Of a stretch of DNA of 20,000 nucleotides, positions 7,965 through 16,405 are shown in pieces. Within the stretch, counting starts at the first letter, position 1. Every line of letters starts with the position of its first letter. Made by a program: the position numbers and the translations under genes. The notes beneath the pieces are model-generated. The model was not told the DNA's origin and made no database searches. It saw only the letters and a program-made list of their open reading frames with translations. Source of the stretch: an uncultured virus (IMG/VR IMGVR_UViG_3300033121_002286) (Duplodnaviria; Heunggongvirae; Uroviricota; Caudoviricetes); the IMG/VR virus record IMGVR_UViG_3300033121_002286; one strand, given 5' to 3'.

Positions 7965-8879
7965 TCAAACCGTTTCTTTCAATCTATATTCTTTTAAAAG
8001 ATCCTTTGATTGTAAAACTCCATTGTTGCAATAAAAAGTATTGTCTTTAAAAGGGCAAAAGAAACAATTCTTTTTTTGATCATTTAATTTAGCTTTTTCA
8101 AATTTGTTTTCAATGTGTATTTTTCTAATAACTTCCGCAACGTTCAAAACTGATTCTTTTATATCATTTAGATTGGAGTAAATCTCTACATACTGCAATT
8201 CTCCCAAACCCATCTCCGGGTATTTCTTATTTTTTAAGCGATTTAATACAACATACTTACAATCTATTTGATCCAGGGGGATATTATTTTTTCTGGCATA
8301 AAAATATTTATACAATCTCATTTGAGCCATAAAAACCTGATCCTTCTTTTTTTTATTTACATCCCAAGCCTCCCCAGATGTTTTCCAGTCAATAATAACA
8401 TATCTTCCAGTCTTTCTATCACGAACAATTAAATCAATAAAGCCCTTAAAATAAAAAGGACCGTACAATTGCTCATACAAAGCAAATTCAACCCCTATAA
8501 TTTCATATTCTTTTATAATATTCTCAGTGGATAAATATCTTATAATATGTTCTCCCTGAACCATAAAATCATTAAAATCTGCCATCTCCGGAGTATCATG
8601 TAATTTGTCATGCATCTCCTTGTAAAAATCCTCCCTAAATATCAACACCCTTTCATCAACAGTAGCCAATTCTTTAATTCCCAATTCAATGGCTTTGTGA
8701 ATTGAATTACCAAAAATTAGATGAATTGATGGTTGGTCTTCAACTAATTTTAAATACTTTTCAATTAAATGCCGGTGACCGCAAGATTTATATTTACTAA
8801 ATTCACTGAAAGATATGTGAATTCTGCCAGTATTTACAGTCTTTAAAAGCTCATATTCTAATGTTTTATCTATAACCAT
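7965..8879 (-). CDS. PD-(D/E)xK nuclease, Cas4/AddB-like with probable Fe-S cluster
   Basis: ISFSEFSKYKSC, FGNSIHKAIE, KGFIDLIV...IIDWKTS, QMRLY and C-terminal CFFCPFKDNTFYC (1+3 Cys arrangement). Confidence 0.9.
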   Translation of the reverse strand: MVIDKTLEYELLKTVNTGRIHISFSEFSKYKSCGHRHLIEKYLKLVEDQPSIHLIFGNSIHKAIELGIKELATVDERVLIFREDFYKEMHDKLHDTPEMADFNDFMVQGEHIIRYLSTENIIKEYEIIGVEFALYEQLYGPFYFKGFIDLIVRDRKTGRYVIIDWKTSGEAWDVNKKKKDQVFMAQMRLYKYFYARKNNIPLDQIDCKYVVLNRLKNKKYPEMGLGELQYVEIYSNLNDIKESVLNVAEVIRKIHIENKFEKAKLNDQKKNCFFCPFKDNTFYCNNGVLQSKDLLKEYRLKETV

Positions 8880-8897
8880 TTTTCTAATTTATAATTA

Positions 8898-8905
8898 CAA
8901 ATATA
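8898..8905 (-). promoter_or_regulatory. Bacteroidota-type -7 promoter box (TAnnTTTG) upstream of the nuclease
   Basis: TATATTTG on the minus strand, 18 nt upstream of the ATG at 8879 (same spacing as at the helicase). Confidence 0.55.
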
Positions 8906-8953
8906 AGAAAAAACAAAGAATTTTAAACTATTTATCTACAAATCTTTGCCCCC

Positions 8954-9421
8954 ATGTTCAATAAATACATAATCATAGCCGTTTCAATTGTTGGAGTTTT
9001 ACTTATTTTAAGATTCTTTGTTTGCAATTTCTTCTATAAATGCACTTTATTAAATGAAATTTTAAAAGAACAATTATCAGATAAAAGTTGGAGATATAGC
9101 CAGTCAAGAACCTATCTTTTACTTTCAATTTTGTGTTATTATATTACCTTAGGAATAATGACAGGGAAAGCATTAAGACCAAATATGAGTGTGGATACAA
9201 AAACATTGGAAATGATCGTGGATGCTTTACAGTGGGCAATATTGTTATTTGCCGGATATTCTTTTGGTAACAAAGGTCTTGAAATGATTAAATTGGTTAT
9301 GGGTTATAAAAAAGGTGGAACAAACGGAAATGACAGTGAGAATAAAGCAAAAGAACAAGTGCCTGCTGGTCAACAACAAGTGAACACACCTCCAATTGAA
9401 GGTCAAAATATGCAACAATAA
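8954..9421 (+). CDS. Membrane protein with about 3 hydrophobic segments (possibly holin-like)
   Basis: Hydrophobic stretches YIIIAVSIVGVLLILRFFV, TYLLLSILCYYITLGIM and ALQWAILLFAGYSF; CTATTTAT at 8928-8935. The holin role is speculative. Confidence 0.7.
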   Translation: MFNKYIIIAVSIVGVLLILRFFVCNFFYKCTLLNEILKEQLSDKSWRYSQSRTYLLLSILCYYITLGIMTGKALRPNMSVDTKTLEMIVDALQWAILLFAGYSFGNKGLEMIKLVMGYKKGGTNGNDSENKAKEQVPAGQQQVNTPPIEGQNMQQ

Positions 9422-10059
9422 TGTTACTATCAGAATCATATAAAAATAGATTAAAAAAACTTGCAGGGATTCTTTCTGAGATAACTGACCAAGAAAGAGC
9501 TACCGCTTTTTCTAAATCAGGGGAAAGGGTTCCTTATAATAAGGACATGATGATTCAGGCTATTGAGCAAGGCAGAGAGGTTGGTATTTTATTTCAATCC
9601 AATAACGATAAGTATAAAATGCCAACTCCAAAATATAGAATAATTTACCCTGTCGTATTGGGGCTTTCAAAAAAAGGAAATCCAGTTTTAAGAGCCTTCC
9701 ACAAAATGGGTCAATCAGAAAAAGAAGCTTTAAGAACAGGAAAAAGAAGTGCTGAAATTGAAAACACATGGAGGTTGTTTAAAGTTGAAAACATTAAGTC
9801 TATGTGGATGACCGGCAACTTTTTTAGAGGCCCCTTAGAAGCTTATAATTCGGGTGGAGATGACGGTATGATAAACATTGAAGCTCAGGCAGATTTCAAT
9901 AAGATAATAAAATATCAAGATGATTTCATTGCAAACATGAAAGATCAAAGGTCACAAGAACAAAAAAGAAAAAATATAGTACACCTATTTAAACAAACTG
10001 GGGAAAGACCAATAGAAGAGCCCATAAAAAACCCAGAGACAAAAAACAACATTAAATAA
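9421..10059 (+). CDS. WYL-domain-like protein with N-terminal RLKKLAGI motif
   Basis: The pattern QAIEQGREVGILF...RIIYPVVLG...VLRAF...WRLFKVENIKSM follows the WYL layout (AI..., RxxxP, RxFRxDRI). Confidence 0.65.
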   Translation: MLLSESYKNRLKKLAGILSEITDQERATAFSKSGERVPYNKDMMIQAIEQGREVGILFQSNNDKYKMPTPKYRIIYPVVLGLSKKGNPVLRAFHKMGQSEKEALRTGKRSAEIENTWRLFKVENIKSMWMTGNFFRGPLEAYNSGGDDGMINIEAQADFNKIIKYQDDFIANMKDQRSQEQKRKNIVHLFKQTGERPIEEPIKNPETKNNIK

Positions 10060-10060
10060 A

Positions 10061-10720
10061 ATGAAAATTAGTTGCACAAATTGTTATCATAGTTGGGACA
10101 TTAAAAAAAACGATAGTGATTCGTATTTTTGTCATAAATGCGGATATGACAATAAAAGCAAAGAATTTAATTTATTAAAACTAAAAGATTGGATGAAAAA
10201 TAATCAAAAATTAGTAAGCGAACAATACAAAAACAGGCTCCAGCAATTAGCTGGACTAGTTAAAGAAAATGCCTATATAGACGCTAATGGTCAATTACAA
10301 AACTTAAATTACATTCCTGGAACAAAAGAGTTTACATATTCGATTACATATCAAGAAATAGATAGAAGCCAATTTGCTGACGGAGAAGATATAAGTGATT
10401 ATACAGATCAGGGATATGATATTGAGCCCACAAATTCAAGACTTTCTTTTATTGTTGAAAATGCAAAAAATAATTATGGAATTTATGAACCATCAAGTTC
10501 GCCTGTAATGGCGGGTTGCTCGTGGAGTTCTACTCAGCCCAAACAGAATAGAGAGTTTTTTGAAAAGGGTAAAGAGGTTTATTATAGTTTGCACATAAAA
10601 AACCAAGATGGTTCTGATTTAACAAAAGAGGAGTCAGAATTTATAACAAAACTATTAAACTCATCATTAAGAACATATTGGGATGATAACGAAAATAAAT
10701 GGCAGGGAATAGATTTATAA
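10061..10720 (+). CDS. Hypothetical protein with N-terminal zinc ribbon
   Basis: CTNC...CHKCG, followed by VSEQYKNRLQQLAGL. Confidence 0.8.
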   Translation: MKISCTNCYHSWDIKKNDSDSYFCHKCGYDNKSKEFNLLKLKDWMKNNQKLVSEQYKNRLQQLAGLVKENAYIDANGQLQNLNYIPGTKEFTYSITYQEIDRSQFADGEDISDYTDQGYDIEPTNSRLSFIVENAKNNYGIYEPSSSPVMAGCSWSSTQPKQNREFFEKGKEVYYSLHIKNQDGSDLTKEESEFITKLLNSSLRTYWDDNENKWQGIDL

Positions 10721-10778
10721 AAAAATAATAAAAGAAATTGTCGAAGGTATTAATTTAAAAGATTCTGTCAATCAATTA

Positions 10779-11108
10779 ATGGATAGAATATCTGATGAAT
10801 TAAAAGTTTCTACGGATCTCTATTTTTATAATTATCCTGAAAGTGGTCCGGCTATTAAACTTTCTCTAATTAAAGTTGATCCTGAATACAGAAATCAAGG
10901 TCTCGGAAACAAAGCCATGCAAATGATAATTGATTTTGCTGATGAAAATGGTGTGAAGATTTTTTTAACTCCATCCACTGATTTTGGATCATCAAAAAAA
11001 AGATTAAATGATTTTTATAGAAGGTTTGGATTTGTTCCAAACTCTGGAAGAAATAAAGATTGGCATTTTAGAGAAAGTTTAGTTCGATTGCCAAGCAAAA
11101 CTAAATAA
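10779..11108 (+). CDS. GNAT-family acetyltransferase (may be extended at the N-terminus by a frameshift)
   Basis: Acetyl-CoA binding motif IKVDPEYRNQGLGNKAM and LNDFYRRFGF. Confidence 0.85.
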   Translation: MDRISDELKVSTDLYFYNYPESGPAIKLSLIKVDPEYRNQGLGNKAMQMIIDFADENGVKIFLTPSTDFGSSKKRLNDFYRRFGFVPNSGRNKDWHFRESLVRLPSKTK

Positions 11109-11135
11109 AAAGCCGGATGTTACTCCGGTTTTTTT
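11107..11135. terminator. Bidirectional intrinsic terminator between convergent genes
   Basis: AAAAAGCCGGA-TGTTAC-TCCGGTTTTTTT. Confidence 0.8.
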
Positions 11136-11136
11136 G

Positions 11137-11766
11137 TTAACAAAAATGATCAGCTGCATACGAAGCCGCAAAACTAGCACAGTCGTTTGGTTTTTTTATA
11201 ACAAGATTAAAACCCACTGTTTTTAAATAGTTACTAGCTTCAGCAACAACGCCATTTGATTTTAAATTTTCATTTCCATTATAATCAGAATGTATTTCAA
11301 GAGGCATATTGATACTTCTGAAAAACTCCTTATTATTTCTGGCGAATTCAGCAGAGATATCAATTTCTCTCAAGAGCCTATATCTGTAATCATAAATTTT
11401 TGGAACATCAAATTTAAAAATCAAAGTATTAACTCCATTACGTTCGACTTTTAAGCACAGGGCCAAGACAAAACGAGTATACTGTAAATAATTCTGGGAA
11501 TCGCAGCCAACAAACGCCTCAACCTTTCTTCCGGCCATGGCATTGTCATATTGAAACTTCTTGATATATTCATGCAAATCCACATTGAGAGGAGTGAGGG
11601 TTTTCTTTTCTCCCAATGCTATTTTCCACTTAAAATCATAACGATCTTCAATGACGTATTTACCATCAACTAATGTTCCCCAATTTAACGCAGGATCATT
11701 GTTGTAAGTTTTAGAACTTTCTTCTCTAAGTTTCTTGAAATAATCTTTGTTATACTTCTTGCTCAT
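11137..11766 (-). CDS. RNase H-like YkuK (DUF458) family protein
   Basis: FVGCDSQ, RLLREIDISAE, LEIHSDYN and C-terminal FAASYAADHFC match the family pattern. Confidence 0.8.
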   Translation of the reverse strand: MSKKYNKDYFKKLREESSKTYNNDPALNWGTLVDGKYVIEDRYDFKWKIALGEKKTLTPLNVDLHEYIKKFQYDNAMAGRKVEAFVGCDSQNYLQYTRFVLALCLKVERNGVNTLIFKFDVPKIYDYRYRLLREIDISAEFARNNKEFFRSINMPLEIHSDYNGNENLKSNGVVAEASNYLKTVGFNLVIKKPNDCASFAASYAADHFC

Positions 11767-11793
11767 TGTATTAATTATTTAAAATATTAAAAT

Positions 11794-11834
11794 AAAAAAA
11801 ACCGATTAAGATTTTGAAGTCTTAACCGGTTTTT
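11794..11834 (-). terminator. Intrinsic terminator after the HAD gene
   Basis: Imperfect stem AAAAACCG(A)TTAAGA/TCTTAA(C)CGGTTTTT. Confidence 0.65.
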
Positions 11835-11858
11835 CAGGTATTTATTATAGATGTTAAT

Positions 11859-12554
11859 CTACAGACTTCTTTTTTCTTTTATGTTTGTTACGAAATGAGA
11901 AACAAAATTTACCGAAGGGTAAACTTGATTTACAGCTTCTTCCGCACCGGTGAGCCAATCCAATCTATCTTCATAGAAGTGAACTGTATCCCAACCATAC
12001 TCACGAATACTTTCAAGTATTGACTGAATTTTAAAATCTTTAATACTCAGTTTACCGGATTTATATGTTTTCAGGCCATAATTAGGTAACTCCATGCCTA
12101 ATGCATCAAGGGTATCAATAATTACTTGTGAAAGATTTTTATCTCGTCCAGTAAGGATCATTTTGTTTTCAGCTTTTTTGTATTCTTGATATATTGGTTC
12201 ATTAATTATTTTTCCTACAGTTTCAGGATCACTATGAAAGCCTGGAAATGGATTTAAAACCAAAATCCCATCCTTTTCTCCAAAATCCCTCTTATTTTTA
12301 AAGTAACTTTTTACATCTGACTTAAATGGTTGTCCTGTTTGAACATTAATTGGAACCACGAAATCACCCATGCGCTTAAATGAAATTTCTTTAAAAAGAT
12401 TTTCCAGAAAAGCAGCTTTGATTCTCAAGAAATAGGAAGGAAAATTTTGATCAGTGTCAATGTTTTCTCCAGATTTTGCTCCTGACATGTGGGCAAATTC
12501 TGGGGTTTCAACTAAAGTTCCATCTAAATCAAATATATGCAATACCTTACTCAT
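11859..12554 (-). CDS. HAD-superfamily hydrolase (resembles RNA-repair-associated HAD domains)
   Basis: Motif I IFDLDGTLVET, motif II ILTGR, conserved Lys in DFK, motif IV FYEDR. Confidence 0.8.
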   Translation of the reverse strand: MSKVLHIFDLDGTLVETPEFAHMSGAKSGENIDTDQNFPSYFLRIKAAFLENLFKEISFKRMGDFVVPINVQTGQPFKSDVKSYFKNKRDFGEKDGILVLNPFPGFHSDPETVGKIINEPIYQEYKKAENKMILTGRDKNLSQVIIDTLDALGMELPNYGLKTYKSGKLSIKDFKIQSILESIREYGWDTVHFYEDRLDWLTGAEEAVNQVYPSVNFVSHFVTNIKEKRSL

Positions 12555-12592
12555 TCTTAAATTAAATAGTCACTCAATTTCACAAAAATAAC

Positions 12593-12622
12593 AAAAAAGG
12601 CAACCAAACCAATGGTTGCCTT
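12593..12622 (-). terminator. Intrinsic terminator after the Hsp20 gene
   Basis: AAGGCAACCA/TGGTTGCCTT stem with a U tract on the minus strand. Confidence 0.75.
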
Positions 12623-12649
12623 ATAATTTACAATTTATAATCAACTAAC

Positions 12650-13084
12650 TTATTGAATATCAATAAATTTAGTTTCTTTCTTTTTTTCTTCTAATTTAGG
12701 AATATTGATTTTCAAAATTCCATTTTCTAATTTAGAAGTAATCGATTCCTCGTTTACATTATCCGGCAGCGTAAAACTCCTACTAAACGAAGAGAAGCTA
12801 AATTCTTTACGAACCAAATTATCATTTTTGGTTTCATTTTTAATTTCTTGTTCGTAGGCGATGTTTAGTTGACCTTTTTCAACAGAAATTTTCACATCAG
12901 ATTTTTGTAATCCTGGCAGGGCCACATCCATAACGATTTCTTTTTCGTTTTCCGTGATGTTTGTTGCGGGTCCAACGTTTACATTTCTAATTTGAAGTGG
13001 TTGAAAAATATCATCAAAGAAGCTATCTTTGAAGAAATCGGTTAATAAACTTGGTTTGTAGTTTGATGTTTTAATTAAGTTCAT
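12650..13084 (-). CDS. hsp20: Small heat-shock protein (Hsp20/alpha-crystallin family)
   Basis: PATNITE, LPGLQKSDVKI, EFSFSSFSRSFTLP and SKLENGILKINIPK. The ATG at 13084 (MNLIK) is preferred over the track start at 13138. Confidence 0.95.
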   Translation of the reverse strand: MNLIKTSNYKPSLLTDFFKDSFFDDIFQPLQIRNVNVGPATNITENEKEIVMDVALPGLQKSDVKISVEKGQLNIAYEQEIKNETKNDNLVRKEFSFSSFSRSFTLPDNVNEESITSKLENGILKINIPKLEEKKKETKFIDIQ

Positions 13085-13147
13085 TTTTGTTCTCCTTTTA
13101 ATTTTTAATTTAAAAGAGAAAAACAAAAAATATACCAATAGAAAAAA

Positions 13148-13468
13148 CTAGTTTAAACCTGAAAAATTGTCAGAATCAATTTTAAAATCTGATGAGTTGA
13201 TGACAAAATTTCTTAAATCATCATTATTTTCTTGTGTGTTTTTTGCTTTATGACTAGACAAACCTCCTGGGTTTTCAAGTTGAAGTAATTGATTTTTCCA
13301 GTTATGAAGTCTGTATGTGTATCCAAGTAATGATTGTTCGTAATTTAATTTTTTAGCCTCTGGCAATTTTGGCATTGGATTTTTATATCCTGCTCGAATT
13401 GCTCTCGCTTTTAAATCTGAAACTTCTTTTAAAAGTTCTTCCATATAATTTAATTTATGGTCTTTCAT
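13148..13468 (-). CDS. Hypothetical protein
   Basis: 106-aa ORF in a co-oriented run. Confidence 0.75.
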   Translation of the reverse strand: MKDHKLNYMEELLKEVSDLKARAIRAGYKNPMPKLPEAKKLNYEQSLLGYTYRLHNWKNQLLQLENPGGLSSHKAKNTQENNDDLRNFVINSSDFKIDSDNFSGLN

Positions 13469-13479
13469 CTTTTTGTTTT

Positions 13480-13788
13480 TTAGTTATTGTCTTTTTTTTT
13501 CACTATTTTCTTTTCGGGCTCTTGTATGTTTCTACAGTCGTGCGGGAACACTCTTATGATATTGTTTATAGTATCATAAGTAGAGTGAACTAAATCAAGA
13601 ACATATTTATTTCCTTTTGTATCAGATATAATACACCTTCCATCCGCATTGTTTTTATATAAAACATTCATCATTTTTGATGTTGCTTCATTAAATTCAT
13701 CCTGAGAATTATATTCTATGTCAAGATAATTCCACTTTCCATCTTTGTTTTGAGATGGCTTTCTTGTTATAATTCCAATGTTTTCCAT
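13480..13788 (-). CDS. Hypothetical protein
   Basis: The ATG at 13788 (MENIG) is preferred over the track start at 13848. Confidence 0.75.
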   Translation of the reverse strand: MENIGIITRKPSQNKDGKWNYLDIEYNSQDEFNEATSKMMNVLYKNNADGRCIISDTKGNKYVLDLVHSTYDTINNIIRVFPHDCRNIQEPEKKIVKKKDNN

Positions 13789-13858
13789 AATAATAATAGA
13801 TTTATAAATTATAAATTCAAAATTAGAAAAAAATAAAATAGAAAACAAGTATTTTTAA

Positions 13859-14311
13859 TCAAATTCCTAATATTTCATAAGAAAAAATAGGAACTAAATA
13901 ATCCCTAAATTTATAGTCACATTCAAGTGTAAAATCAAGATAATCAACATCATAATCAAAGCCGTTTTTAAGTAAATTGCCGTAAGAATCAAAAAAATAG
14001 ATTTTAATAATTTCTATTTTTTCAAAATCCTTTATCCACTCATTGATTTTTAGGTAAGTTTTAACCTTTATTACTTTTCTTTTTTCAATAGTTTCAATTT
14101 TAAAACCTTTTATCCTTTCTGGATTTACAACAAAATCTTTGGTTTCCATTTTCAGACAAAAACGATCTTGGAGTATAAAACTTGTATCATAAGAAAAAAT
14201 AATTTTTTTTTCTTCAACAAATGAGTCCGGGACAAAAATATCTTGTTGAATAAAATCTTTTTCATTCATTATTTCCAAAAGCAATTCTCTTCTTCTGGTT
14301 CTAAACCTCAT
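13859..14311 (-). CDS. Hypothetical protein, weak resemblance to tail-tube-like folds
   Basis: 150-aa ORF abutting the upstream stop. QDRFCL, FFDSYGNLL and LECDY loosely recall T4 gp19-like proteins (low confidence in function). Confidence 0.7.
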   Translation of the reverse strand: MRFRTRRRELLLEIMNEKDFIQQDIFVPDSFVEEKKIIFSYDTSFILQDRFCLKMETKDFVVNPERIKGFKIETIEKRKVIKVKTYLKINEWIKDFEKIEIIKIYFFDSYGNLLKNGFDYDVDYLDFTLECDYKFRDYLVPIFSYEILGI

Positions 14312-15094
14312 TTAAACTACACGGTGTTTGTACTTTAATAATTTTTGCATTCTAACAGCATCTAAAACCAAACCATCTCCATTATTTAAGGTGATTATAA
14401 AGTTCTTAGACAATGCATCTTCAATTATTTCAAAACTTAATCTTGTGTCATTAATTCTAAATCCTCTTTCTGAAAAAAGAACTTCAAAAGGAGTTCCTGA
14501 CTTAGATTCAAATTTAACTTTAAAAGCTTTTTTTGCTGGTGCTTGATTTTGTTGTTGTTGTTGTGGGAAAATACTATCCATTTCGTTTATATCATTTTGT
14601 GCAACACCCATACCGGCCCTCTTTAATATTGGCATAGAAATATTTTTATCATACATTTCTTGAACTTGGCCTCTCAGTTGGTTTAGTTGTTCTGCACTTT
14701 GTTTAATTTGATCCATTTGAAGTTGGAGTGCCTTTTGTGTTTCAATGGCTTTCTTTTTCATCTCTTCCTGTTTTGCCATTAGGTTAGTTTTTGTTTGATT
14801 TATTGATTGGAGTTTTTTTTGGCTATCTTTAATTGCCATATCTTTAACTTTCCTTTTAGTTGGATCATTAATAATAGATTTTATTTTAGAATTATTCTGG
14901 ATCTTATCTTTTTCACCCTTTTCTTCTACATCCAAAAAAGAAAAAACTGGTTCTGTAATTGCCTTTAAATCCTCTTCAGTAGACTGAGTTTGTTTGTTAA
15001 TATCAATATTACCCATAGAATCTTGATCCAGGCTGATATTACCCAAAGCTGTTTCTATTATTAAATCTATTTCTTTAATACTTAATTTTTTCAT
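14312..15094 (-). CDS. Hypothetical coiled-coil protein
   Basis: 260-aa ORF with a Q/K-rich coiled coil; its start codon abuts the predicted left end of the TnpB element. Confidence 0.85.
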   Translation of the reverse strand: MKKLSIKEIDLIIETALGNISLDQDSMGNIDINKQTQSTEEDLKAITEPVFSFLDVEEKGEKDKIQNNSKIKSIINDPTKRKVKDMAIKDSQKKLQSINQTKTNLMAKQEEMKKKAIETQKALQLQMDQIKQSAEQLNQLRGQVQEMYDKNISMPILKRAGMGVAQNDINEMDSIFPQQQQQNQAPAKKAFKVKFESKSGTPFEVLFSERGFRINDTRLSFEIIEDALSKNFIITLNNGDGLVLDAVRMQKLLKYKHRVV

Positions 15095-16385
15095 AATTTA
15101 TAAGTGCAGGAAACCCATTCATCACGAAGTGTGGATGGAAGGAATGCACCTGCTTTTACATTTCCTATAATATTTTTTTCTAATATTTGAATTTTTAATT
15201 TTTTTGTACTATTTATGTATAAATGAAACTGACTCTTAAAATAAAACTTCTTGCAACAGATGAGCAATCTAAACATTTGCTTAATACCATTAGGGAAGCA
15301 AATTTGGCTTGCAATATAATTTCGAATGTGGTTTGGGAAAAAAGAATTTTTAATCAGTTTAAAATTCACAATGAAGTTTATCATTCGATTAAGGAATCCA
15401 CCAACCTTTCTGCTCAAGTAATCATACGCTGCATCAGCAAAGTGACGGATGCATATAAGTTGGACAAAAAAACCAAACGTATATTTAGACCACTGGGAAG
15501 CATAACTTACGACCCAAGAATTCTTTCGTATACTCCAAATGATACCGTTTCCATTTGGACAGTCGGTGGTCGTTTGAAAAAACTTCCATTTATATGTCAC
15601 AACAGAAATTACCTTCCTTATATTAAGGGCGAGGCTGATCTTGTTTATAAAAAAGGAAAATTTTATTTGTTTCAAACGGTAGAAGTTCCTGATGAAAAAA
15701 TAACGGATGTGGAAGAATTTATCGGTATTGATTTTGGTATTACAGATATTATATCCACCTCTGATAATATTAAACATTCGGCTGAATGGCTCAATAACTA
15801 TAGAGAAAAAAAACAAAACATACGCAGTTCTATCCAAGCAAAGGCAGACACTTCTAAGCGTTCCACAAAAAGGAATTGTAGGAAATTGTCCAAACGGCTT
15901 TCGGGCAAGGAAAAAACAACGGCAACAATAATTAATCACACCATTTCCAAATCTATTGTAAAACTTGCTAAAGAGCAAAACAAAGGAATTGCTATTGAAG
16001 ATTTGACTGGTATTCGTTTTGCTTCTAAAAAAAGAAATAAAACCTTTAGAACAAAACTTGGCAAATGGAATTTCCATCAACTTCGTTCTTTTTTGGAATA
16101 CAAGAGTGTTCTTTCCGGGGTTAAGTTGGTTGTTGTTCCTCCTGCATACACCAGTCAAATGTGTCATGTATGCAAACACATTGGAAAGCGAACAAACAAG
16201 GTTTTCGAATGTACAAATGAAAATTGCAAGGAAAAAATTCTTGACGCTGACAATAATGCCAGCAAGAACATTTCTTTGCTTGGGGTTGCTATAAATCAGC
16301 CTGAAAAATCGACTCTGTATTGCACTATGCATTCTGTGTCAGGTTTAAAACCCAATCATCACATAAGTGTGATTGGGTAGTTTAT
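15095..16385 (+). mobile_element. Non-autonomous IS200/IS605-family element (tnpB only)
   Basis: Homologous subterminal hairpins flank tnpB: left GAAA-CCCATTCATCAC-GAA-GTGTGGATGG (15110-15138) and right AAAA-CCCAATCATCAC-ATAA-GTGTGATTGGG (16347-16377). No tnpA is present. The ends are inferred from the guide/cleavage tetranucleotide rule; a left end at 15102 is an alternative. Confidence 0.8.
15223..16380 (+). CDS. tnpB: TnpB RNA-guided endonuclease
   Basis: RuvC I IGIDFG, RuvC II IAIEDL, zinc finger YTSQMCHVC...FECTNENC, RuvC III DADNNASKNI. All three catalytic acidic residues are present. Confidence 0.96.
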   Translation: MKLTLKIKLLATDEQSKHLLNTIREANLACNIISNVVWEKRIFNQFKIHNEVYHSIKESTNLSAQVIIRCISKVTDAYKLDKKTKRIFRPLGSITYDPRILSYTPNDTVSIWTVGGRLKKLPFICHNRNYLPYIKGEADLVYKKGKFYLFQTVEVPDEKITDVEEFIGIDFGITDIISTSDNIKHSAEWLNNYREKKQNIRSSIQAKADTSKRSTKRNCRKLSKRLSGKEKTTATIINHTISKSIVKLAKEQNKGIAIEDLTGIRFASKKRNKTFRTKLGKWNFHQLRSFLEYKSVLSGVKLVVVPPAYTSQMCHVCKHIGKRTNKVFECTNENCKEKILDADNNASKNISLLGVAINQPEKSTLYCTMHSVSGLKPNHHISVIG

Positions 16386-16405
16386 GTTCAAAACTCTATA
16401 TAAAT
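16230..16405 (+). ncRNA. Predicted omegaRNA/reRNA (tnpB 3' end, right-end hairpin and flanking guide)
   Basis: Inferred from the established TnpB architecture. The right-end hairpin is visible, the 5' boundary is a guess, and the guide is predicted to start at 16386. Confidence 0.5.

Noticed and set aside
15097..16385. TTTAT at 15097-15101 and 16381-16385 as a target-site duplication
   Set aside because: IS200/IS605 elements do not create duplications. The right copy fits the predicted cleavage motif, and the left copy is kept only as an alternative TAM.
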